Below the pieces are notes generated by a model. The model was not told where the DNA came from. It did not search any database and saw nothing but the letters and a program-made list of their open reading frames with translations. A DNA stretch of 64,000 bases from Ophelia neglecta (taxonomy: Eukaryota). This document shows, in pieces, positions 39,482 through 50,200 of this stretch (its first letter is position 1; every line of letters starts with the position of its first letter). The stretch is taken from the NCBI GenBank assembly GCA_965285935.1, contig OZ260665.1, forward strand, positions 54,746,001-54,810,000, read 5' to 3'. The position numbers were made by a program, and so were the translations under genes.

Positions 39482-39541
39482 TTTATTTATTCAGTAGTAC
39501 TACATAACAACGTACATGGGAAAATACCAATTAAGGACGGA
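39482..39541 (-). promoter_or_regulatory. G4 distal 3' UTR: miR-184 7mer-m8 seed site (39535-39541) and overlapping AATAAA signals (39482-39491)
   Basis: The minus strand reads TCCGTCC, 43 nt, then AATAAATAAA. More proximal AATAAA hexamers exist at 39727-39732 and 39892-39897. Confidence 0.55.
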
Positions 39542-40211
39542 TTGTTCATTACTTATATATTTATATATACCTACATGTTTGCAAGGTTGTGATATACTGG
39601 TTTAGGAAAGAGAAACACCTATAAGAATTCATTAAGCAATATAAGAAAACCGGAAGCATCTTGAATAGCAATAAGTGTAGACGTAGTCGTCTGCCAAATA
39701 ATTGTATTTAATGCTTTTTGTGCTTATTTATTTCCTTTAAAACATAGGAAATTACCTGCAAAGAAAGCAGAAAAGCCTTTGACTAATAGTAGTGAAAAAG
39801 TAAATAAATAATAGTATTCCATTTGTAGTACAATAGGGTTGTGTCGACTGTGTTCAATCATTGTCATCAATTTTGTACAGACGCAGACCCTTTTATTGTG
39901 GGTTCTTGTGGTTGTGCGCGTATTAGACTGCAATTTCAATCATGTAGGCATGTCACATCATGAGTTAAGATAAAGTTGCTGAATGTTAATGAATTTCCCT
40001 TAATACATCAAATTTACCCATCGATGTAAAATTAAACTTCGATCAATGCACATGTTCTGCACATGTTTCTCTGTTATACCTGCCGGCAATAGATATACGA
40101 ACACATCGCGGCATCCGTGACCAATACAATTGTGATCTTGCAATTACAGACTATAATATACCCAATGAAATGTTTAACTAAGTATTTGTTCGTGATCTAC
40201 CCCGTGTCTCT

Positions 40212-42808
40212 TTACTTCCTGCGACGGCGTTTTTTGTGAACATCAACTATGATATTGATTTTGAATTTCTTCCCGCCAATTTTTATGATATTTTCGCTAG
40301 CAGAGGTTTCTCCAGTATTCCCCACTGATGCCATACTAGGTTTAAGAACATCGGTCGCTTCCTGTGGGGTTTCTGGTTCCTCGATAGCTATAACAACTCC
40401 TTCCCCGACTCTGTTTTCACTCGATGGTTCTGTATCAGACATTACTCCCATCAGAGGCGGAGAAGGCATTGGCATGGTCATAGGCATTCCCATGTTGGGC
40501 TGCTCTTCCATTTGCCCCATATCTTGGGACATACTCATTGGCATCATCATCATCATCATCTCCGGGGTCATACCACCCATTAAATTGGGCTCGGACGAGG
40601 CAGGATCAGTTTCTGTTAAGACGGCATCGTCCTCACCCACATCTTGGTCGTCATCTTGTTGTTCTGAATTCTGATCCTCTGTCTCACCGGATTCGTCTTC
40701 CAGCGATTCATTATCTGATGTTAGTTCATTTCCTTCCTCGATCTCGGTATCTCCAGTGAGAGTTTGGATATTATCGGTTTCTCCGCTGTTTATTATAGTC
40801 ATCATAGACATGGCGCCCTCCATGTCACCGGCTTTCAACATGTCCATCAACATTGTCATCGTATCTGGCATTCCAGTGTCTTCTGGTGGTGGGCCTGTAG
40901 TGGTAGGAAGCGAAGGATCAGAGGTAGTAGCAGAATCCTCACTTTCTTCATGATCATCAGTAACATCGCTGTCATCAACCATGGCAGCATTGGCCGTGTT
41001 ATTTTCATCACTACTTTCTTTTTCTTCAGCCGATTCCACGGCATCGTCTGCATTAGACTTGGAATCGTCGTTGCTTGTTGATTCTTCACTATCATCGGTG
41101 TTTATAGTGGTGGCTTCCATGATTGTCAAATCTTCCATGGTCTCGCTGTTTTCATCCCCTGCACTTTCGTTACCTTCTGTTGAACTCTCGGCAGTTGCAT
41201 CTGTATTTTCTTCACTCCCAACAGGATTTGAGGTGTCTGCCCCAGTTTCATCGCTTGTTCCTACTTCTTGACTGGCAATGGCTATAGGAGTGCCTTCCTC
41301 CGACCTTACCCCAAAGCCATTAATAACCACCGGATTACCGTTAGCGTCTGCCACAACTTGGTTCCCGTTGCTATCCATCACCAATGACCCCGTGTTAAGA
41401 TTGCCCTGCGAGGCGACCAATGAGCCCGGTTGGAAGATCGGCAGGAAGTTTGCACCTGGAAACAGACCACCCTGCAGGAGGCCAGCTTGCAGAAAAGGAT
41501 TTAGGAGTCCACCGTAACCAAGGCCACCTAGTCCTGGTAAATTGGATAGATGGTTTATTCCCGCGTTAAAACCGTAGTTTAAACCATGCAGTCCACCTAC
41601 GCCCTGTTGATTATATATATTTTGGGGTGTTGTCCCCGTACTGCTGGGACGATAGACATGGCCTGATTTCCTCCTACAACAGCCGACGCTCGGAGAGCAG
41701 AATATGGTCCCTGGTGCGCATGACCTGATTTGATATTTTCCGAAAACACACTCAAGATAATTTTTATTTGTTGAGGGGTCGGACCGGCGCGTGCCAGTGT
41801 AACAGTGAGGGGAATTGGCGTTAAACCCTGTTGTTCCTTCTAGGGATGCAAGCGTTGCCACTGCCTGTCCACTTCGACTGTCACTCCCGCCTTGACCATC
41901 GTCTTCCCCAGAACCGTCGGGGACGCTGCTACCATTGTCGTTGTTGTCACTCGCCTCGCTGCTTCCTGCAATGAAAAAAACAGTAGGTATAGAGTTCAAA
42001 AAGTCAATTCTCTGGCTTTGGATAACCTGTTCTTGGAACTATCTTTCCAGATCTTAATACCTTTGAATATACTATTAGGTGTAAAAAGCTATTTCCACCT
42101 ACATTCTCTATTCCGATAAACATTAAAATGTTCCTTTACCATTCCTCGCAATTAAGTCATAAACGTTTAAATTAAAGGAGACAATCCGTGTCCTTTAAAC
42201 ATGACAAATTATATACCTACTTTATTTTCACCCAGTATAATTTATCGTCATTTTTGTTGTTGAGTTAGTTCCCCTATCATTGGTGTATTTTTTTTTTAAT
42301 TTCCTTTAAAAATAAACTAATATATGAAACCTCAAATTAATTGAGTTGTTTCGCAAATACACTGAGTCCTTCTTTGACACATACAAATAAAATTATATTT
42401 TCATCTCGATCATTTTATAAAGGTCTTTAATATGAGTCAAAAAAGCCGGACATACAGGTAAATAAAACCAAATGTACCGGCAGATATTTACTTTTTATTG
42501 AAATTGAAATATTAAATGCAAATCAAATAGATTATTCAAAAAATAAGGAAATCAAAAGTATATTAATCGGTCATCGAAAACTGCATCAACTACAAACGAC
42601 GATAAATATCATTTCAGACAACACCATAGAATAGCATTAGGCCGTAAAAACAGATCAGGGGATGAGAGTGGTTCTAGGAAATGTCGCCAAGACTGAATAA
42701 TAAAAAAAATTACGTACCCGATATCGGCATCGCCCTTGCATAATCACGCCCTAGAAATGTGACTCCGATTAGCAGCAGACATATCCAAAATGTGCCCCTC
42801 GTAATCAT
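40212..42808 (-). CDS. G4: secreted acidic (Asp/Glu/Ser/Thr) and Met-rich protein with an N-terminal ChtBD2-like module and polybasic tail; join(42718-42808, 40212-41965), 614 aa
   Basis: Exon 1 encodes MITRGTFWICLLLIGVTFLGRDYARAMPIS, then G|GTACGT. The acceptor TTCATTGCAG|GA at 41965 is phase 1 and in frame. Cys module at 41676-41804; ends KKFKINIIVDVHKKRRRRK. Confidence 0.88.
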
Positions 42809-42874
42809 CGTTATCAAGATCCGACAAAATTTATCCAAGTGACAAAATTGTAACGTTGACGGACATAATATCCA

Positions 42875-42881
42875 TTATATA
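42875..42881 (-). promoter_or_regulatory. G4 TATA box (TATATAA)
   Basis: About 67 nt upstream of the ATG at 42808. Confidence 0.6.
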
Positions 42882-43872
42882 CCAACCAAGCCCTAAATAT
42901 TATAATTCCATACATGCCAAATATCTATGGAAATTGATGGTTATTTTATTGAAGTGGCGTGTGATGGTTACCCGCCAGAGATCGATATAGTCTGCATTGG
43001 GTCGTGTGAATGTCACATTTAAACTAGCAAAACCAGCTGGGTGCGAATGACATCTGAATCAAGGAAGGGACACTCGTGCTATCGTAAACTCACTCACAAC
43101 CTACAATGTCACTGCGGATCTAGGATTACAAGCAGCCAAGGTTTACATTTTATTGGTTAGAAGGTGAGGGTGGGTGTCCCTATGGCCTTCACCCCACTCA
43201 CAACATCGAGATGCTCTCAAGAATTTAGCATACTATAAAATAGAAGCAAGAGATCGTTCTGACCCCCGCAAGTCACATATGTATCCACCACTTAATTAAT
43301 AACTGACTAATAGTGCAACATTTTGCCTATCGACCTTGGAAGTAAGTGGTTAAAATATGAGACAAAAATTCACTTTGATATACCAGTACACGCAAGTACT
43401 AACCATTCAAACCTTGCCTACGATAACTTAATGTTTAAATTACGCCATTATACTAATTAACCTTAATCATTACACCTCGTTAAGCCAGGTTTTGATATTT
43501 TTCATAATGTATAGCAACATTATCATTAACCATAATATTCATCTACGAAGCAAATAAAGGTGTAGGTCATACTCATAGGTGGTGTATTTAAAGCTCGTTT
43601 GTTTAATGAAGAAGATTCCACGAGTCATTAGTTGGTACAATTCTGACATTTATTACTTCAATATATCAGCTGCCTGGCCTCTGCTATTCAATTTTTTATC
43701 AAAGCACACCATCAAATGAACTTTTGTGTACCCTACTGCCAATAAAAATTACTTCTTATGCCATAACTTAAAGAGCCAAATTGTTCTCTTTCAAAAGTGT
43801 TATTTTTCATATGCAATTCTGCACACAGTATGTATTTGTTTCGTGGTTCTGCCATGCTTTATTTCTTAATAC

Positions 43873-43936
43873 GTTTATTTGACATAATTATTACAGACGG
43901 AAGGTAATTTTGATGTAATAATTATGTCAAATAAAC
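43873..43936. repeat. Perfect 23-bp inverted repeat with an 18-nt spacer (64-nt hairpin)
   Basis: GTTTATTTGACATAATTATTACA-(GACGGAAGGTAATTTTGA)-TGTAATAATTATGTCAAATAAAC. Confidence 0.9.
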
Positions 43937-46623
43937 TCCCAGCCCAGATAGGGCAGGGTAGCTGGGATACGCACTACAGTCTTCTTCGGCGGTACGGCAC
44001 GACTAACAATTATAAGTCCACCCTTTCCATAGGCTTAGCTGACTTCTGATTCTCGGCACATGAGAGCCTTGGGGCACGGGTAATATGCTATTGCCCGCAG
44101 TAGCACGTTGTTATCTATGAATAGTGGAGTAGTTAATTCCTACTGTTAGTTATTATAATGTAGATGTGGAATGGCAATACAGTTATATTCATTGGCTACT
44201 ACTTGAATTCACCTAAAGTATCTGAACTTTATAATGGTGAAGAGAAACCTATCGATTAACCCTATATTTTTATTTTTTAGTTCCCTCTGCAATATTTTCA
44301 ACTAAATGTTTCCATCATTTTTCTTAAACTGCAGTATAGGCCCTATTTGTTTTCAAAAACATTCTTTAAAACGTACATCATAGACGGTGGGGAACCCCAA
44401 TATCTTCAATTATTTATAGCCGGAATCTACATGCCTCTTATTTCACTGACGCTACGCAGTTTTAGTATGTTGTTTCTATTAGCCTCAACTCCTTTACTTT
44501 AGTTAATTTATTATTTAAATTCATAATTGTGTATTCTTATACGTGCTTGAAGGATACCATTGGGTATAATGTCATAATTATTATGTATACCTGATTTTTC
44601 TTTTCTCTAGATAATCAGAAATTTATTATGCTTTATCATGCTTGGGGTGATATGAATAATATCATTTATCATTTAGAATTAATTGGAGAAAAATAATTGT
44701 TTATGTACTCATTTATCTTTGGCGCGATAATTTTTGTAAAGTGCTGCCCTGTAGCGACGACGATAGAAATTAATAAAATTGGCTAGTGGCGCCTCTTTTG
44801 GAATATTGGCTTGTTAGTCGCCTTCATAAATAGACATGTTTGTATCAATAAATAATTCAAACCCTTAACCGCTTTATATCAGTTTGCTTTATGGGTCACG
44901 GACATTGATTAATTCACCCAAACAGACACTCTTACTACCAACAGAACATAGTCAATGAGTTTGGCTCTGTTGCTTGGTTGATGTCATGTGATTGCTCCGT
45001 ATCCAGGCTAACAAACTGTGGGCGAAATTAGAGGAGTTTGGTATGTGAACAGAAACATAATATTGTGATACACCTTGGTTTACATCAAAATGGAATTGTG
45101 TCAGTCGTGAAAGCCCTAATATGTAAGCATGCTTATTGTTGATATTAATACGTGCTTGTATGATTTACAAATAACGTGTCCGACGACATAATTATAATAC
45201 GATAGTCATCTAACGTTACATGTGTTACGTTGCACCGGCTGTCAGCTTATCTTGTCAGTCAGACTAACCTTGTCATAAACAATATTAATTACGCTAATTA
45301 TTTTTTGCGCCATATTTTACCTGTTTTTATTAGTGGGGTGTACATTTAATGTTCATGGCAGTTAATGCATGTTATCTTCAAAGCCGGACGAACACATACA
45401 AAGAAACGCGTTGACAGCGTCCTACACAAATCAAATCAATAGTAATAAAGTCGATTAAGTTTAGGTACCGGTATACACACCTTGTTACCAGTTGTATCTA
45501 AGGTACCAAACATTATATTAATAATCAACCTTTAGAAGTGCAAGTGAATCGGTTTTATATTGTTACTCATTGGCAGTGTGTGGCTGATGCAAAAAGCGTA
45601 GAAAAGACTGTATAAAAACACCATGGGGTAGGCATCTAAGTTGGATGTACCACAAACTGAAACACATTTTAATACATACAATCTAGGTAGTGCAAAAAAT
45701 CTATTCAGCCAAGGGATATGGTGGGATGTCACATATAGATTAATTTTGAATAATGGAATCATTTATTGCTATAATCAGAAGTAGATTAATGTAGCTGTTC
45801 GAGCCTAAAAGTAAATGCAAATGCAAAATCATATTATTTTGGTTACGGTTCTTTACCCTAAGGGTGAAAGCAACAGACATGCAATGTATTATATGTCTGA
45901 CACTGGTGGGTATTAAGGATATGTTTTTTTTACGGATACAATGCGATAATTAAAAGGAAAAACTGTATTGTTAAAAAATTATACACTTCCAAACTGAAAG
46001 AGGGGTGATACAAAAACAAAATGAAAATCACACTGATAGTATCACTAGAGTTGGCCCAGGGCAAAATACCCACACAAACAGTATTTGTTTCAATGAATTA
46101 CATAATAAATTAGTATAAGAAGACATCACTTTATTAGTAACACATACTCTACATTGCCTATATTGGCAATATAGCAACATATAGGTCTCAAAAAAAACAT
46201 GAAATAAGAAAAATATCTATTAGCAATGAAGAAAATAGTAATCAGTTGGCAGTTTTTGACTTCCAAGACCCTTCCATTTGCATACCTATGGAAGTGTGAA
46301 TCTGTTTCAGTGAGTTACAGATTATTACCATGCACAATGAGACATAGAGAGAATTTTGATGATACTTTTCATATATTATTGTCTGATGCCTATCCAATCA
46401 GTATACATAGTGAGTTACTATAATGCCTCCCAGCATAGAAACAAGCTAACAAAAAGTAAAAAACTAAACTAAACCAATTTGTGTATTATACTGCTTTGCT
46501 GCCAGATCTGTTCTTGTCAATCCTGGTGTTTTTGTAGTAAAGGATGTCATGTCTAATATGTGTTTATACCTTAATCATTAATTCCTTTGTCTTCCTTGTA
46601 GGAGGAAAGAAGGAATCACTACA

Positions 46624-47254
46624 ATGGACAAGGAAAGTAAGGCAGCTGCTTCAGTTGAGAAGTATACTCAGCTTGGAAGTGAGGAGCTCCAAAAAGGAAA
46701 CCTTGCAAAGGCTACCGAATTATTTGAAGTTGCTTACAAACGGTCAGAACTGCTGGCAGATAGTTTCACATCCCGAGTGTGTGCCTTTAACCTGGGTGCA
46801 GTGTACATAGCTCATCGGCAGCCGGAGAAAGGCTTAGCCATGTTACAACATGCCATACCGCCTATGAGCCAAAAAGATGGAAAATCAAATGGAGATCTGT
46901 TCTATAATTTTGGTTTGGCCCATGAATTACAAAGGAATCCCAGTGAAGCTGCAAAATACTTTGAACTTGCACTTGAGGAGTATGGAACCGAAAAGGATAA
47001 CATCCAAATGGAGGCAGAAGTGTCTTTGAAGCTGGGATATTTATATTTTTCTCTGGGAAGTGCCCTTCAGTCCGCTAGGTGCCAAAGCATGGCTGCTACC
47101 TCTTTTGGCCGCCTTCAGAACTTTGGACAGCAGGCCTTGTGTTTGTGTCAGCAGGCGTTAGCTCTGGTACAAGGACACAAACTTGATGATGCATTAGAGG
47201 TGGCTGATCATTGTATGATACTGTGCCAAAGAGTAAAAGATAGTAACACATTGG
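46624..47254 (+). CDS. TTC24: TTC24-like first coding exon (TPR repeats)
   Basis: Acceptor CCTTGTAG| at 46601, ATG at 46624, donor G|GTGAGT at 47254; TPR motifs AFNLGAVY and LFYNFGLAH. Confidence 0.88.
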
Positions 47255-50200
47255 GTGAGTATCAAGCCATACATGTATAATAGTACATGTATCTCAATTT
47301 ATTTCAATTCAAAATGGTTTATCATCAAAAGAAATACAATATAGACATTAAAAGAGAAAATCACAAATACCAAAATATGAGGGCTGGACTCCTGAGAACA
47401 TGATAAAAAGATATGTGTTCCCTCATTAATGATATGATTCCATAAATGAACACCTGTAACCTTTACTGGTCTTGAAAAAGCAGGTGAATGTATGGCTTAC
47501 ATGTATGAAAAAGCTAACTCTTTGAAACTGGTTAGAATTCTTTAGGAAAGAAATGTTTTATATTGTTCAATTATTGCAATCTTTGGAAGTTTTCAAAGGA
47601 ATCTCTCATTAATAATGAGCCATGAGTTTATGACACATCATGATGCCGACGAATAGTTTTTAATCACATGAAAGTTTAGTTTGTATGTGCACAAAAACTT
47701 CGGTTGAAAAATGGAATTTTTATAATGTTGTTTGACCTAGAGTTGCCAAATGTGCCTTCTACCACAATTTATACGTGTCCTTTCTATCAGTGTGATATAT
47801 ATATTTCTCTGTTACGACAGGTAAAGTGTACAATGAGTTGGGACTGATATATACCCAGTGTAGAGATTTCCCCAAAGCAGCCACATGCTTTGAGCTGGGC
47901 TTGCCCCTCAGCCGAGGGCCCAATGAAGACAAAAAGCGAGAAGCAGTGATTCTGCAAAACCTTGGTGCTGTATATAATTCATTGGGAGATTACCAAAGAT
48001 CCCTTAACCTGCACGAGTCAGCTGCTAAATTACATGGTAAGTTATGGTACATGAGGTAACTTGGAATCAGGTTAGTTCCACCAGTTTTAGTACAGGGAAT
48101 CGGTAATTAACTATTAATAATACAGAGATGTATTGATTCAGGCAGCTGGTAAATAGAGAGATGTGATTCATTCTGGCAGCCATGTTAATTTATTGTATTA
48201 TGGGCTAAATGCATTTGAAATCCAATTATTAAAGACTATAAATACCTCAGGAAATCTATAAATTATGCTTCTAACATATTGTACTAACTTATTAAGTGAT
48301 TTTGGGATTAATTCCTGTAGCACATTCTCAACATAGTTACCAATATCACCCCCAGAAAAGAACTTCATATAAATGTTTATACCAAGCCTCTGAATATCAG
48401 ATATGATAGGTTACATGTGAACTGAAAAATGACATGTGTGGAGGAAGACTGCCAAAGCCAATAAGGAAACCTGTCCAATTCATTGATTTTACATATCTAC
48501 AATACATGTATTTAAATTTGATTAATGAATGTATAGAAATACATGTACAGAATAATCCATGAAGGAAAGTAAACATCTGACCATCTTGATAACAGGTGTC
48601 AGCAAAGAGGTGTTTACTGTGATCTGTGGCTTGATAACTTAGTTACTGTAATTTGAACCAAAATTTCAGGATATCAGAAATAAATTTAATTTAATTTATT
48701 GACATTTGATAAAAAGTTCACTTGAATTTGAATAACAGTTATGTACTTTTGTTGCAAGTAATTGATTCAAATTAGTCAATATTGAATAATGCATGTATGC
48801 AGACTGTATATGTATTTGTATGATCCCCAATACTAATGTCTATTGTAATTGTTGTACATGTATAGTGAAAATTCTGTATAGGGAAAGGCACTAAAAGCCA
48901 AACATGGTTTAGATCAATCAGACATCATGTTTTGAGGGTTATAACTTATGCTTTACAATTTAATGCAATGTAATGCAATTTGTATTTTAAATATTAATTT
49001 TATTAACATATAACATATATTTATTGCTTTCTTATTTTGAAGATATTTGAATTAATCTTATTCTTAGGTGAAAATGGACGGTTCAGACTTGAATAGCACA
49101 TTAAAAAATTAGTATATGTATTTATTTTTATTCTCTGAAAATTAAAAAATCAGTATGTATGTGTTATTATTCTCTGGTTGCAGCTGAGTTGGGTAATCGT
49201 GCAGCACAGGGCCAATGTTTTACTAACCTGGCTTTTACTCACAGTCAACTTGGGAACCATGAAATGGCTGGAGAAAGTTATCTACATGCCCTTCTGGCAG
49301 CTAAAGACACCAGTAAGTAGCTATCCACATGCCCTACTTGCAGCTAAAGACACCAGTAAGTAGCTATCTACATGCCCTACTTGCAGCTAAAGACACCAGT
49401 AAGTAGTTATCTACATGCCCTTATGGCAACTAGGTACACTAGTAAGGAGTTATCTACATGCCCTGATGGCAGCTTAAGACACCAGTAAGTAGTTATCTAC
49501 ATGCCCTGATGGCAACTAGGTACACTACCGGTAGTAAGGAGTTATCTACATGCCCTGATGGCAGCTAAAGACACCAGTAAGTAGCTATCTACATGCCCTG
49601 ATGGTAGCTTGCAGCTAAAGACACATTTGATAATTTTTGCCAAGCATTTCATAGCATACAACTGCCACATTTACAAAGCTGTGTTTTGAGTTAAAGACAA
49701 AATTATATATTTTATTAAAGGAACTAAAAATGTCTAAACAGGTAGGCTGGTTTTGTTTAGTTAATATGGATGTGCATTTTTTGATATCTTGCTAATTTAT
49801 TTTAATTTTTAACTCATGAAACAGTTTGAACTTTTCAGATGACCTCCATGCTCAATGGCAGGCAGCTGAGGGTTTGGGGGTGGTGGCTTTCCACGAGCAC
49901 AATGTGGACAAGGCAATCAGGTACTTCAAACAGGCCCTCTCAACACTAGCTCTCTCCCAGGAGAAAAACCCAGAGGCCCAGGAGAGAATCGTGGCTAAAC
50001 TGACAGACTGCCTGGAGTACCAGGCCACCAAGTGTGCTGGCGAGTTCAAACAACCCAAGGTCAGTGTTCAGGTGTAATTGGCATATTGGAAATACGGTCT
50101 GTAGAGCCAGGGAATAACAAGTTGTACACAACACAATTTTCTAGCAACTAATGGAGATAAATATACAGCCTGAACTCTAAAAATCAAATCCAATTTCAGG

